From: an uncultured virus (IMG/VR IMGVR_UViG_3300031787_000017)
Taxonomy: Duplodnaviria; Heunggongvirae; Uroviricota; Caudoviricetes
IMG/VR virus record: IMGVR_UViG_3300031787_000017
Length of the DNA stretch: 64,000 nucleotides
Reading direction: 5' to 3' (one strand)
The notes under the pieces were generated by a model. It was given only the letters and a program-made list of their open reading frames with translations. It ran no database searches and had not been told where the DNA came from. The position numbers and the translations under genes are program-made. This document shows positions 47,101-57,851 of the stretch, piece after piece; the first letter of the stretch is position 1; every line of letters begins with the position of its first letter.

Positions 47101-50100
47101 TTTGAGTGTTGGTACCCATAATTTTGTAACTACCGGCTGATCCACTTTGTGACCAGAGAAGTTTTATAGTTCTCATTAAAGAAGCAGGCTTTAACTCACC
47201 ATCTTCAATCTTATTTCTGTTATCAAAACTAACATCAGTATAAGTAGCTTGTACCGAATCTGAAGTAAAATTATCTACTAAAATTCCATACTTTGATCTT
47301 TCTAATCCATTTGCATCTAAAATTTTTGAGTCATTAGCATTTTTTTCCAAAGTATTTAATGAAACATAATACTCTAATCCTTTAATACGATTTTCAAAAG
47401 CGCCAATGTCTCTCATCGTAAATCTACGATTATTTTGAAAATCTGCACGAATTTCTTTTACACTTGAAGTATATGGAGGAATATACAAAGTATAGATTAA
47501 CATATCATTAACACTATGTGGAGGTGTTAATGGTTTAACAGCGGATTCTCCTTCTATTACTACCATCTCTTTCGAAGGTTTTACAACAATCTTATCGATT
47601 CTTGATAGATAATTTTGAAATGAAAGTTCTGCTGTCGTATCGGGATCAGGACAAACTGCGCCTGTGATGTTATCTCCAGCTATTTCTCTTGAAGGTCTAA
47701 AGTCAAAAGACGCTCTATTTGAAATAACTTTACCTCCAGATTTGTCTACAAATTTTGATATGGTATCATATGTAATATTTGAAGCTCCACCCAAATAAGA
47801 ATCTACTGTAAATAGTCCAATATTTTGTGGTGAAGGCGCCTGGCTATGTCTAAAATATTTGTACATGATATAGATTGAACCACCTACAGGAGAACTGAAT
47901 CCTCTTTTTAATTTTATCGATGAATGATCGTAGTGTGTTCTTTTTTGACCATTGTCGAGTTCATATCTGTTCGTAATGTCGTATGTTGGATCGGTCAACA
48001 TAGCAGTTGTGATATTACCGGTTGTAGTTCTAGAATCTATAATTTTAACTATTTCATATACATCAGGAACTTGTAAACTGACAGGAACTCCTGGAGTTTT
48101 TAACATTCTCACTTTACCATCACTACCTGAAGATTCATTATCAAAATACGTAACGCCTAAGTCAGGGAAAACATATCCTCCAGAAATTGGTGTTACTGTT
48201 CCCGTATTAGCTGAAGTTAATCCTGTGGTGGTGTCAATAGTATAAGCAACTTTTTCATGTTTGTCATCTAAAAGTGGATATAATGTTTTTACTCTAACTG
48301 CTCCGTTAGTTCCATCTTCCGCATTATTAACTTTTGTTGTAACTAAGAAATCGGCTCGAACACCAGCAGTGTTAAAATCAATCTCAAGTGTTGAGTCATT
48401 AATAGCCGTTACAGTGAACAAATTATTAGCTAAACTCAAAACTGTATTTGGAGTTATACCCGAAGAACCATTTGAAGCAGAATCGTGTCGAATAAAACAA
48501 ATAATATTATTTAAAATTGTATTGTCCGAAAGTGTTCCTGGAGAACCAGCAAATGGAAAAGTGTCAGTGCCAACAGTTGCTAAAGTAACAATACCGCCAG
48601 CGTTAGAAACTTTATTTGAATAAACCTTTCTTGCTATAAAATCAAAATTAGTAATTGTATTCGCTTTGATCGCGTCAAAAGGAACATCAAAAATTAAACC
48701 TTGTCTGTTAGGTTCCGTTATTAACGCATTACCATTATTATCTTTTGATCTAGAATGTATATTTGCACCAAATACTTTTGCGGACGAATTTCTTAGGATA
48801 ACAGATTCCGCAGATTTAAAATCAGAATCGATTGAGAAGGTATTCGATGAGGGAGTAAAAGGTAAAGCAGAAGAAAGCCAAATTGCTTTGTATGCTCCAT
48901 CTGAACCTTCAATTTTTATTGGAGCTAAATTTAATCCTGCACCATCTTTAACACTAAAATAAAGACCAGAATAACTATTTGCTGGCAATTGAGCAAAAGA
49001 AGATGGTAAAACAACGTATCTTGTATTTGATCCTGAAGAAGCTAAAGTTCCTGTAATTGATGATGAATTGGCATCAAAAACATTCATAGTAAAAATATGG
49101 GTAGTGCCATTATCCGATGCAGCTGAAGCAGTATCATACTTCAACATGTGAGCTCTCAGTGATCCTATCTTTGATGAATTATATTCTGCGGTTGTTGAAA
49201 GGACTACGTTTGCATGATCTGTACAGTGTACATCCAATACGCTAAAATCAGATATGGTTAAAGTACCATGAACATTCGCAACATGAACATAACTTGAATA
49301 ATTTGTGGGTAAATCGTAATCATTAATGTTAGCCGTTTGTCTACCTCTTGCTATCTGCAATTTTGTTGGCGATATAGTTTGAACCTCATAACCTCCAACA
49401 TAAGCTTTTCCTGGATCTAAAACAGCAGTTAAATAATCCGGATCAACATAATTATTATTTGCTGTATCAACATATTCTTCTTCTAAAGATAACACAAAAG
49501 GATCAACAGTATAGTTACCAGATTCATCAAAAGTTCTTCTAGCCAAAGTTTTTTCTATTTCACTATAAACGGGATAATCAATCTCTTTTGTTTTTACACC
49601 ATCAACAATTCGAATAACTTCAAAGAAAGAAGATTCGTCAGCCGAATCCAGTGTTCTTTTACTTAATATAGTATTAATTTTGTATCTGTTAGCGCCTGGT
49701 GCTTGATAGTTAAAAGATCCTTGTGCGGGGTCTAACAGAGTTACATCATCAATTTCATCAATAATTAATTCTTCAAATTCAATACCAATTCTATATGATG
49801 GTTGTTTATTAATTGTTGAAGTATTTAACCCGAGTCTATAGTAAAGTTCTAAAACTAAAAATTGGGGAACAACTTTTACAAATTGGCCTTTAAAATAATA
49901 TACACCTTCTTGAATACTCGCTACATATGATCTTCCGGTTGCATTTGTGTCTGCAAGTTCAGCAAAAATATTTTGTCCATATATTTTTAATTCATCACCT
50001 TCTTCAAAAAAGTCTCCACTCAAATATTTTAATATTAATATAGGATTAGCTGAAGAATTATCAATAGCAATAACTTTAGCTCTAGCTGTTTTTGTAGAAT

Positions 50101-50398
50101 TGTATGATATAATAGTTTTATTTAAAAAATCTTCTAATACGATATCCTGTCCACTATATTGTGGTTTTAGAACTGTATAATACGCTCTATCATCTAAAGA
50201 TATTTTACCACCGACTATTGGACTACCACTTTTAAAAATGTGATTGCCAAACTTTTCGATCTGATTCGACAAAATAGTTTGCAGCTGCGTAAGTTCTCTC
50301 GCCTGTAAAGAATATCCTGGGCGAAACAAAACTCTCATGAAGTTTTTATCTTCATCAAAATCGTCAAAATATGGATCGAAATTAAAAAGCTTAGTCAT
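44195..50398 (-). CDS. Large virion structural protein (DUF4815/VrlC-like)
   Basis: PYFDDFDEDKNFMRVLFRPGYSLQARELTQLQTIL, APGANRYKI, LARRTFDESGNYTV, DPLAQTF and C-terminal PRIKDLRIIAL. Confidence 0.85.
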   Translation of the reverse strand: MTKLFNFDPYFDDFDEDKNFMRVLFRPGYSLQARELTQLQTILSNQIEKFGNHIFKSGSPIVGGKISLDDRAYYTVLKPQYSGQDIVLEDFLNKTIISYNSTKTARAKVIAIDNSSANPILILKYLSGDFFEEGDELKIYGQNIFAELADTNATGRSYVASIQEGVYYFKGQFVKVVPQFLVLELYYRLGLNTSTINKQPSYRIGIEFEELIIDEIDDVTLLDPAQGSFNYQAPGANRYKINTILSKRTLDSADESSFFEVIRIVDGVKTKEIDYPVYSEIEKTLARRTFDESGNYTVDPFVLSLEEEYVDTANNNYVDPDYLTAVLDPGKAYVGGYEVQTISPTKLQIARGRQTANINDYDLPTNYSSYVHVANVHGTLTISDFSVLDVHCTDHANVVLSTTAEYNSSKIGSLRAHMLKYDTASAASDNGTTHIFTMNVFDANSSSITGTLASSGSNTRYVVLPSSFAQLPANSYSGLYFSVKDGAGLNLAPIKIEGSDGAYKAIWLSSALPFTPSSNTFSIDSDFKSAESVILRNSSAKVFGANIHSRSKDNNGNALITEPNRQGLIFDVPFDAIKANTITNFDFIARKVYSNKVSNAGGIVTLATVGTDTFPFAGSPGTLSDNTILNNIICFIRHDSASNGSSGITPNTVLSLANNLFTVTAINDSTLEIDFNTAGVRADFLVTTKVNNAEDGTNGAVRVKTLYPLLDDKHEKVAYTIDTTTGLTSANTGTVTPISGGYVFPDLGVTYFDNESSGSDGKVRMLKTPGVPVSLQVPDVYEIVKIIDSRTTTGNITTAMLTDPTYDITNRYELDNGQKRTHYDHSSIKLKRGFSSPVGGSIYIMYKYFRHSQAPSPQNIGLFTVDSYLGGASNITYDTISKFVDKSGGKVISNRASFDFRPSREIAGDNITGAVCPDPDTTAELSFQNYLSRIDKIVVKPSKEMVVIEGESAVKPLTPPHSVNDMLIYTLYIPPYTSSVKEIRADFQNNRRFTMRDIGAFENRIKGLEYYVSLNTLEKNANDSKILDANGLERSKYGILVDNFTSDSVQATYTDVSFDNRNKIEDGELKPASLMRTIKLLWSQSGSAGSYKIMGTNTQKSLIMDYTSSVFASQPYATKTIPVASALYGNFNGNLRLFPEFTSDHDTSVTSKITLNSVQGLENAFNFINEAFDFISDKNPTWLSDKDSPFAKVPDSSWFETVKTQTNATVDLGNNTFGNLQTTTDQVFVKKGTTLSAESIDVTSSKVDLGSYITDIAVNPYLKPRGIVFAGSSLRPKTRFYSFFDDVLVDNYTIVPNKLTISGTNPFKSGEMVLIANTNGEIATQLANFAADSGVYHLGVCAASESGSSNVSIVNETFPLSLAGKYIIGLDSSTTKVISTVVDHRCGMTRGITSSTITLAPDAPSVNIAGNNVTLVRKSDEASGTGSKYTIIAYNTTTKVATVSETIPSTQQGKIFSYSIGTNFTNSKGQIGGIFYPPVATFRSGERKYRLTESFNNSYDRDAISFAEKTFVSSGITTTKTSLVDTVYNVGTSTKIVGTVTSPILQSTAVSSRITSTWRVDPLAQTFYVDEQTYPHGLYMESVNLFFSAVDDEGLPVRVQIRPTVNGTPSFDYWYPESVVEKFPNEITTTSTPSIDVEASKTKFTFDSPVFLKPGLYALVILTDSPDYVVWTAEKGQTTLNNQIVSVNPYVGTLYKSQNAMEYVPYLNEDLMFEFNRCKFSTSTATFALQSEKQDSVKYIDRFRLLEKSITSQSESPISLKYSFISKVAGGSKETIYRSITPYTIYNMADDTQYAIGNRRKQILDKNDFTVKLEMSTNDDSVTPLVSLESLQLNCWENFIDNGEIDNEDFNIISKGAGYSNSNTIIITSSTGEGALVYMSCDGVNGNVLSANVVSSGIGYTDDFTISYPDTGNTPNVTSNAAITLNSEFDSSGGPCLARYITKPIVLTDGFDAGDMRVFLAANKPVGTEIHVFYKILSGSDTTNFKDRPYGKFECLNPTVAASINENEFREYEYRPSLTEDQVTYISDAGVTYDTFKTFAIKIVMTSQDPSVIPRIKDLRIIALPAG

Positions 50399-50411
50399 TT
50401 ATTCCTCTTTA

Positions 50412-51749
50412 TCAGAAACTTAAAATAAATCTAATTCTATCTGTTTGGTCTGGATCTCTTATAACCGGAACTTTATCCGATACAAATAAAACTTTACCAG
50501 AATATAACTCTAAAGTTGGAGGAGTAGTATTAATACCTACTCTAATTGCTCCACTAGTTAAACCTTTTATCGGTTGATTGGGATTAAAAGTGCCATTGAA
50601 ATTATTAACATAGATTATATTAGTGCCTTCATCAAAAGATATAACTTCGGCACTAAATGTGGAATTTTCTAAATTCTCACCCTGTATAACAATTTCATCA
50701 TTATTGTAATCTCCAACACCTGGAGAAACTGTAATCTTTGTATATAGTGTGTATAAATCGGCAGATGCTAAAGTTTCAGTGTCTCGTACATAAGGGTTAT
50801 ACACCAAAGAAACTTCCCTATATTCATTTTCTGCTGGAAAAACACCATTTACACTACCCTCAAAATCTACATTAAATATAACAGTATTCGCATATAATTC
50901 TTCTACAGGATCATATCCATGTCCATTTTGCGGTGACAAAACAACATTGGCTGAAGCTCCTGTTCCGATTCCTCCAGAAATGTCAGTAAAAATTAAATTG
51001 GCTTTTGTGTAGTCTTGGCCTCTGTTCTGAATAACAATATTCACAACATTTCCATCAACAACATTCGCTTTTAAAACAGCATTTCTTCCATCACCTTCGA
51101 TTGTTATAATATTTTGTGTAGGTCCATCCACATAATTATTTCCCGCATTAGTAATTCTTACAATATCAATACTTCTATTAATTGCGGCTGATCTAACGAA
51201 TCTATTAAACGTAACTGGCATCCACTCATCATTTAAAAACTTTTGTCTTTGATTTGAACTTAAAGTATATAAGTATTTCCACTTGTAACCGTCAGAAGTT
51301 ATAAAGAAAGGTTCTTCCAATGAAGTAGCTGAAAGAAATAGTTCAGGTTCATCGGTAGATGGTGAATTATTATTGTTATCTAAACATTTAAAAACCTGTC
51401 CTTTGGAATTTAAAATATAAAATGGAGTTCCTATTGGACAAACTGTGCATCCGTATCTCGAATATGTGGTGCCACTTGTCCAATCATATCTTGGCACAAC
51501 AAAAGACACATTTTCTAAAGAAACTCTTTTAGCTACTATGGCTCTATCGTTATAAGCAATTAGGTCTCTGGTTGATTGTCCAGGAGTTGGAGGAGTGTCA
51601 GATATACCCCAAGGAGTCTGTTTTCCTATAGTCGCAAAAACATAAGACCTTCTATTCAAAGGAAGGTAAGAATTAGCACCAACATCCAATAAATTTATGA
51701 ATTGTTGAGCAATTAAAGTAGAAAAATTAGTTGTTATAATTGTTGACAT
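50412..51749 (-). CDS. gp8: Baseplate wedge subunit gp8
   Basis: VVPRYDWTSGTTY, VFKCLDN, SDGYKWKYLYT and SGKVLF...RDPDQTDRIRFILSF; synteny after gp7. Confidence 0.85.
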   Translation of the reverse strand: MSTIITTNFSTLIAQQFINLLDVGANSYLPLNRRSYVFATIGKQTPWGISDTPPTPGQSTRDLIAYNDRAIVAKRVSLENVSFVVPRYDWTSGTTYSRYGCTVCPIGTPFYILNSKGQVFKCLDNNNNSPSTDEPELFLSATSLEEPFFITSDGYKWKYLYTLSSNQRQKFLNDEWMPVTFNRFVRSAAINRSIDIVRITNAGNNYVDGPTQNIITIEGDGRNAVLKANVVDGNVVNIVIQNRGQDYTKANLIFTDISGGIGTGASANVVLSPQNGHGYDPVEELYANTVIFNVDFEGSVNGVFPAENEYREVSLVYNPYVRDTETLASADLYTLYTKITVSPGVGDYNNDEIVIQGENLENSTFSAEVISFDEGTNIIYVNNFNGTFNPNQPIKGLTSGAIRVGINTTPPTLELYSGKVLFVSDKVPVIRDPDQTDRIRFILSF

Positions 51750-51757
51750 AGACTTAT

Positions 51758-54550
51758 TTATCTCACTTTTTGAACGATAATTGAAACAAAATTATTTGTT
51801 GAGGTAACATTTGTATCAACTAAAATTGTGTTTGCGTTTGCAAAAGAAACATTTTTGGTTTCATCAAAAACCACATTTATTGTCGAGTCGGTGGAAGAAA
51901 CATTTAAAACACTAGTTGCATAAATGGTATTTGCGTTAATAACAGTTTTTACAACAACAGTATTTCCTGAAGAAAGATATATGGTTTGTCCATCGACTAA
52001 ATCATTTATAAAGTTGGTTCCATTACCAGTAATTACATTTGAACTACTGGTTATATTTGCAGTACCAACAATAGTTTTAAACACATTTTTCAGTACTATA
52101 AAATCACCAATTGAAACCTGAGAAGAAACATTAGGTGTTAAACTTGTAGAAACAATATTATTAGATCCATTACTTACATTAAATGTATTTGAGTGATACT
52201 CTTGTGTTAAATATATTATAGATGCATTTTGATTAAATACGTCTTTGGTGTGGGTATCAATACGTGTTACAAAAGATTTTGTTCCTGTTGGATGTGCAAC
52301 TTCTTGTAAAGTTTTCTTAAATTTATAGTAATCGTTTGTTGTATTAATCACATAAGAGTAATTATGGTATTTTTTATCATCTTGTAACTTCTGATCAGAA
52401 CTTGGTTGCCCATCATTGTTTAAATAAATTCCAGGATAACGTATTAGACCGTTTTCAAAAACAGCTGTTGCTTTTGCTCTACCATCACCATAAGCCGAAT
52501 ATGTGATAACATTTCCAGTGACCAAATCGTCATCAGACTTAATAGGAAGGGCACTATCAAAAGTGCCTTTGTAATTATAAATTCTTAAGAAATTATTTGA
52601 TGTGATATACTTGTCAACAAAAGCTGTCCAAGTCGCTGTTGTATTAGTTGCTCCTTGATATACTTTACTATTAGCGATATAAATTTGACCTTCGGTTACA
52701 TTATTCAATAAAATATCAGCATTTCTTAAAGAAATTAATGGAGCTGAAACATAATCATACCCGTAACTTATAACTCTTATTGTTGAAATAGATCCAATTC
52801 TCGAAGTCGAAACATCTTTTTGAACACCCTCACCTAAAATTTCCGTAACTTTTAATATTGCTCCTGAACCAGAAGTGGTGCTAACATTTACTGTTGGCAA
52901 ATCTTGCATCGTGTAACCTTCACCACCTCTAATATAAGAAGAAGATTCATTAAAAGTTATTGTCTTGATTCCGTTGTTACCAGCGTGTACAGAAGAAACA
53001 TTAGCGTTAGCTCCATAACCTCGACCATTACTACTAAATGTTAAATATTCTCCTACAGCATAACCACTTCCACCATTGACTATTTGAATTCTTCCTAAAG
53101 AACCCACATCATTTAATTTTCTTCTATTAATTTTATATACTGATAAGTTGTCAATATTATTTTGAAAAGGTTCTAAGAAAGTAATAGTATTTGATGAAAC
53201 ATTTGCAATTTTTCTAACATCTTCAAATCTATTTTTCAAAAATAATCTAACAGATTCACCTGGCTCAAACGATAATGTTAAGTCTTGAGACTCGTCCATC
53301 AAAATGTTGGTGTCTTTTACAGCAACAGTTGAATTTATTATTAAAGTATCATCAAGTTCTTCCATATATAAACTGTAAATATCAATTTCAGGTTTACTTC
53401 TATAACCTCCACCAGAAGAATCTACAGTTATAAAAGATATTGGAAAAACATTTAATGTTTGTTTTGTAGTTAATTCATTTAATGTTTTATTATTAGCTAC
53501 ATTATCAGTCGCATTAATAGTTAAAGAAAATAAAGATTCTATTGTTATATTACTTACATTTATTGTTCTATAAGTTGCTTCATCTAATAAAAGTATTCTA
53601 GCTTTAGCTTCAGCACCTAATAGTACATCTTCAAAACCGCCTCTAAAGTCTATTATTGAAGAATTTGTATTAACAGAAGGATTTCTAAAACCAAAACCTC
53701 CATTCGTTACTAAAACATCTTCAACTGAACCCTTCAAAACACTACCAACAGTGGCTACAGCGCCAATAGGATTACCCGATGTGGGATTTAGACCACCGAT
53801 AATTGTAACGGGGTCGCCATCATAGTCCAATTCTGGATCGTAAGCATTATAGTATAAACCTCTATTTTTAGGATCAATCTTAATTTCAGAAAGAGATCCA
53901 ATTAGTTTAGCTGTGACAAAATCTTCTGTGCCATTGGTTCTAACTACAGTGGTAGATACATTTTCACCCGTAGTAAACAATTTATCAATATTCGAAATAT
54001 AAAGTTCGATATATTCAATACCAAGTTGTCTGTCTACAGATTTTATTACCTTTTCAACTATAGCTGTAGCTTTGGAATTATTTCCCGTTATTTTACATCG
54101 TTCTATGTCGAAAATATTCGTATCACCAGTTTCAACTCTTAAAGATAATGGTAAAACCCATTTACCATCGGAAGATTTTATTACCTGTTCTTTAGGAAAA
54201 TAAATCTCTATTTCTTCGTTATATAAAATTCTAAAAAGAAATTTTACAGCTTCTGGAGTTCCTTTTGATCTATAAAAACTACCAACATGTTTTATAAAAG
54301 TCGATTTGTCTAATAATATTTCTTTTGGAAAGTAAGGTAAAACTTCTTTTATTATTTCGTTAAGATAATAGTCATCTACTAAATCTATATCTTTCGAATC
54401 ATATAAAGTTTTAACTTCATACAAAGCATTATTACTGCTTTCCAACCACTCATAGTATTTTTCTAAAAACAATACAAATTTTGGGTTATCGGATCTTATA
54501 AAATCGGGCAACTGGCCCGAAACTAAGTTTGAAACAATTAATTCTGACAT
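51758..54550 (-). CDS. gp7: Baseplate wedge initiator gp7-like
   Basis: QLPDFIR...FLEKYYEWLE, FYRSKGT...FLFRILY, LQD..KYHNYSYVI...HPTGTK; located between gp6 and gp8. Confidence 0.75.
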   Translation of the reverse strand: MSELIVSNLVSGQLPDFIRSDNPKFVLFLEKYYEWLESSNNALYEVKTLYDSKDIDLVDDYYLNEIIKEVLPYFPKEILLDKSTFIKHVGSFYRSKGTPEAVKFLFRILYNEEIEIYFPKEQVIKSSDGKWVLPLSLRVETGDTNIFDIERCKITGNNSKATAIVEKVIKSVDRQLGIEYIELYISNIDKLFTTGENVSTTVVRTNGTEDFVTAKLIGSLSEIKIDPKNRGLYYNAYDPELDYDGDPVTIIGGLNPTSGNPIGAVATVGSVLKGSVEDVLVTNGGFGFRNPSVNTNSSIIDFRGGFEDVLLGAEAKARILLLDEATYRTINVSNITIESLFSLTINATDNVANNKTLNELTTKQTLNVFPISFITVDSSGGGYRSKPEIDIYSLYMEELDDTLIINSTVAVKDTNILMDESQDLTLSFEPGESVRLFLKNRFEDVRKIANVSSNTITFLEPFQNNIDNLSVYKINRRKLNDVGSLGRIQIVNGGSGYAVGEYLTFSSNGRGYGANANVSSVHAGNNGIKTITFNESSSYIRGGEGYTMQDLPTVNVSTTSGSGAILKVTEILGEGVQKDVSTSRIGSISTIRVISYGYDYVSAPLISLRNADILLNNVTEGQIYIANSKVYQGATNTTATWTAFVDKYITSNNFLRIYNYKGTFDSALPIKSDDDLVTGNVITYSAYGDGRAKATAVFENGLIRYPGIYLNNDGQPSSDQKLQDDKKYHNYSYVINTTNDYYKFKKTLQEVAHPTGTKSFVTRIDTHTKDVFNQNASIIYLTQEYHSNTFNVSNGSNNIVSTSLTPNVSSQVSIGDFIVLKNVFKTIVGTANITSSSNVITGNGTNFINDLVDGQTIYLSSGNTVVVKTVINANTIYATSVLNVSSTDSTINVVFDETKNVSFANANTILVDTNVTSTNNFVSIIVQKVR

Positions 54551-54553
54551 TTA

Positions 54554-56626
54554 TTATACCGTCTTTAATTCAACAACAACACTTGTTGGGTCAGTTTGAT
54601 CAAAAGCTAACATTTTATTTTTAATCGACTGTAGAACTGTAGATTTAGGTCTAACATTTACGGTTAACTCATCAAAGTCATTATCTATTGATAAAGGAGA
54701 AAAATCGTTTATTGTAATTTTACCTAAAACATAATCTATTGTTCCAGTAATTCCTTCATTCTTTGAAGCATTTAAAATAACTTTCGTACTTTTGCTGGTA
54801 ACTTCATCAGGTTTAAAATATGCTAAACGAATTTTACCGAATCTATTTTCTAAAACAGCTTCAGCTGTAGCTCCAGTTCCACCACCACCAATAATTCTTA
54901 TAGCTGCGGTAGTGTAACCGATACCGGGATTAGTTACTTTTACGGAGTTTAATTTTCCATTTATTATAATAGCCGTTGCTTTAGCTCCTCTACCATCACC
55001 AACAATTTCAATAGTAGGAGTGGTAGTATAATTTGATCCTGGAGTTATAACTGAAATTGTTTCTACTCCAGTAAACGAAGAAGGAACTTCTTCAATAAAA
55101 CAAGTTCTTTCGACAAGATTTTCGTCTAATATAGTAAATGTTGGAGAAGAATAAAAATTATCTAAAGTTGTACCTCTGGATAGTTCAACTCCAAAATCTA
55201 AAATATAAGTATTTGTTTGATTTAATAATGGTCTAAATCTTTTTGATAAAAATATTTCTAATTCATTTGAAATAACAGAAACATCACTATTATCAATATT
55301 TGTTCTAAGTTTTGATGAACTAAAAATAGAATTAAATTTATTTAAATTTAAATTAGAAAAAGAATTTATAGCTGTGCTAATTTTTGATTGTAATGTTTGA
55401 GAATTTAAATCCGTTTTTGTTGGATCATAATAAACTGTAGAAATTAATTTTACATAGTTATAATCAACGTCAACAAATTCTGGAGTAACAGTTAGAACAC
55501 TTATTGGCTTAACGATTTCATTTATAAAAAAATCTTTTTCTGTGTCAGAAACTTCAAATCCTAATTTTGGTTTAGCAGAAATAAAAACTTTACCATAAAC
55601 AGGAGGAATATTTTCTTCGCCACCCCAAACATTTACGGCATCAAATTGTGGATATTTTTGTTGTATTAATTTTACATAATCATTTTTTGTAACAGCTCTA
55701 TTCTGAGAAATAAACTGTAAAGGAGCAGCAAATTTAATTTGATCTACAGATTCTTTCTCTGATCCTCCTGCTGATGCTGCAACTGGAATCACCGTAAAAG
55801 TGGTGAATGAAGAAACTGGTGACGTAGCTACAAAATTATTTGCTTTGTTTGCAACAGAACCGCTGGTTGAAAGATAGGTTACATTCACAACTCCACCATC
55901 AGGTATTTTTTTACCAATAATATTATCGCCAAAATAAATTTCGTATTGATTATTAAGGCCTTCTTGTAAAAAATAGACGTTCGAATTTGATGTTAGATTT
56001 AACACATCGGTTGCTAAACTATAAACAACTGAGTCTGTATTAGATGATGCTTGCTGTACAGTAACTTTTAATGTTGAAGTGTCTACATTTTCGTTTGGTA
56101 TAGTAAATATTTGTTTTGGATTAGAAGATTCTGAGTAATTAAAAGAATATCTGTTAAGAGTTCCTTCATATATCTTCAAATTATTAAATACAAAATTTGT
56201 TCCTGTTTTTGTTACTGTGGTATCTTCCAACGTAACAAAATTATAAACTTTATTATCGATTAGACTAGAAAGAAATACATATCCCCTAGGTAAAGTTAAA
56301 CTACCTGGTGTAGAGTTTAAACTATTAATAGTAAAATTAATCGTTGCCCTTGCAGCTGTTGCTGATCTAGGAACGTAACCAAACTTTTTAGAATGAGAGA
56401 CAACAGAATTTCTAAGTAAAGCCGTATCCAAAAAAGATTCATTTGCTATCATGTTTAGATAGTAAGCATTATAATGCGTGTTATAAGCCAAAATATCTAA
56501 AAGAACACTTAATCCGGAACCATCAAAATCATAGTCAGTAAATTCATTTTGACTTTTTAAAAAATTTTTTAAATTTGTTTTGATTTCATCAAAATCAAGT
56601 TCTGTTACTCTTAAACGATCTGTCAT
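54554..56626 (-). CDS. gp6: Baseplate wedge subunit gp6
   Basis: LDFDEIKTNLK...DYDFDGSGLSVLLDILAYNTHYNAYY, QNRAVTKNDY and WGGEEN.PPVYGKVFIS. Confidence 0.93.
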   Translation of the reverse strand: MTDRLRVTELDFDEIKTNLKNFLKSQNEFTDYDFDGSGLSVLLDILAYNTHYNAYYLNMIANESFLDTALLRNSVVSHSKKFGYVPRSATAARATINFTINSLNSTPGSLTLPRGYVFLSSLIDNKVYNFVTLEDTTVTKTGTNFVFNNLKIYEGTLNRYSFNYSESSNPKQIFTIPNENVDTSTLKVTVQQASSNTDSVVYSLATDVLNLTSNSNVYFLQEGLNNQYEIYFGDNIIGKKIPDGGVVNVTYLSTSGSVANKANNFVATSPVSSFTTFTVIPVAASAGGSEKESVDQIKFAAPLQFISQNRAVTKNDYVKLIQQKYPQFDAVNVWGGEENIPPVYGKVFISAKPKLGFEVSDTEKDFFINEIVKPISVLTVTPEFVDVDYNYVKLISTVYYDPTKTDLNSQTLQSKISTAINSFSNLNLNKFNSIFSSSKLRTNIDNSDVSVISNELEIFLSKRFRPLLNQTNTYILDFGVELSRGTTLDNFYSSPTFTILDENLVERTCFIEEVPSSFTGVETISVITPGSNYTTTPTIEIVGDGRGAKATAIIINGKLNSVKVTNPGIGYTTAAIRIIGGGGTGATAEAVLENRFGKIRLAYFKPDEVTSKSTKVILNASKNEGITGTIDYVLGKITINDFSPLSIDNDFDELTVNVRPKSTVLQSIKNKMLAFDQTDPTSVVVELKTV

Positions 56627-57031
56627 TTATCTTACTCGATCTAGAAAAAAAGTTATTGTTATGGGTTCAGTTCTATTTACTATAGTAAATTCCATATCTA
56701 CTGTAAAACCATTGTTGTCATAATCAGGTAAAGCTCTAACTCTGTAAACGGAAGCCCTAGGCTCAAAGTTTCTTATGGTTTGAAGAATTTCTCTTTCTAA
56801 CGCAGAAGCCGTAACAAAATCTAAATTTTCAAATAATAATTTCGAGACATTTGACCCTATTTCTGGTTGAAAAGGTCGTTCATAATGGTTGGTTAAAACC
56901 AAATTTTTAATAGAATTAATCACAGACATTTCTGCTGTGTGTTTATTAATATCTTTTTTTATTGGATGAACATTAAAAAGGAGGTCTAAATCCTTATAAG
57001 TTCTTGCAACATTAGTAGTAATTGTGGCCAT
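56627..57031 (-). CDS. gp25: Baseplate wedge subunit gp25
   Basis: YKDLDL...SIKNLVLTNHYERPFQPEIGS...LLFE...IRNFEPR (GPW/gp25 family). Confidence 0.92.
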   Translation of the reverse strand: MATITTNVARTYKDLDLLFNVHPIKKDINKHTAEMSVINSIKNLVLTNHYERPFQPEIGSNVSKLLFENLDFVTASALEREILQTIRNFEPRASVYRVRALPDYDNNGFTVDMEFTIVNRTEPITITFFLDRVR

Positions 57032-57038
57032 CTATTAT

Positions 57039-57851
57039 TTATTCAATTCCTAAAGAGGTTTTGAGTTTCGCAGTTCCTATTTTATTGGCAATTAGACTTT
57101 TCTCAGTACTTCCTGAATTTTGAAGCCCATTTAATATCTGGAAATCTTTTAAAATTTGTTGGGAAGTATAAAAATAGTTCTCATCTTCAGTTCTTCTTGT
57201 ATAAAGTAATGTATTTGCGGTGTTTATAATCACGTTCATTGCATTTACTTCAGATGTGTTTAGTGAAGAAGGTACGGTCTGTAATGAATTTTTTGTATTT
57301 CCTATACTCCAATTATTAGCAGACAACTCGTCCTCAATATATAAACTAGTAAATTGATTCAAGATAGGAGTGGAATTTCTAACATTATCAGTTGTTCCTA
57401 GTATCGTTAGTAACATTCCACCAGATCCAACACAATCTTGATAATTAGGTTTTATAACTCCTGTAGAAGAATCAAAATAACTTTCCGAAACACCCGATAT
57501 TCTATTTGTATGTTGTAAAAATAAATTTAATTGAGTTACCAAATTATTAGAAGAATTGGCTAGATTCTGTACGGCAGCCGTTGAAGATGGATAATTATTG
57601 GCTGGATCCGAAGTGCATAAAGTTATTATTAAATTTAAATTAGAAGATATACTAGAAACATAAGATGCAACAGGATTTTGAAAATAATCTGAACGTGTTA
57701 CTGCACCGTTAGCTAAGTCACTAGCTGCCCAAGAACTTATTTTTATAGGACCAGTATTTAAAAAAGCTTTAGCTCTATCACTTAAATTGATATCATCACC
57801 GAATTTGGTCGAATTGAAAGTAGTTGTTAATCTATTTAAAACATTTGCCAT
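57039..57851 (-). CDS. Hypothetical baseplate-region protein
   Basis: 270-aa N/S/T-rich ORF between the spike gene and gp25; no motif recognised. Confidence 0.7.
   Translation of the reverse strand: MANVLNRLTTTFNSTKFGDDINLSDRAKAFLNTGPIKISSWAASDLANGAVTRSDYFQNPVASYVSSISSNLNLIITLCTSDPANNYPSSTAAVQNLANSSNNLVTQLNLFLQHTNRISGVSESYFDSSTGVIKPNYQDCVGSGGMLLTILGTTDNVRNSTPILNQFTSLYIEDELSANNWSIGNTKNSLQTVPSSLNTSEVNAMNVIINTANTLLYTRRTEDENYFYTSQQILKDFQILNGLQNSGSTEKSLIANKIGTAKLKTSLGIE

Noticed and set aside
12442..50180. Other small nested or antisense ORFs (e.g. 12442, 14130, 14650, 16834, 19575, 21797, 23014, 29018, 31924, 34377, 37540-38423, 40637, 42956, 46710-50180)
   Set aside because: They lie within or largely overlap longer genes with clear family motifs and show no independent coding signal.
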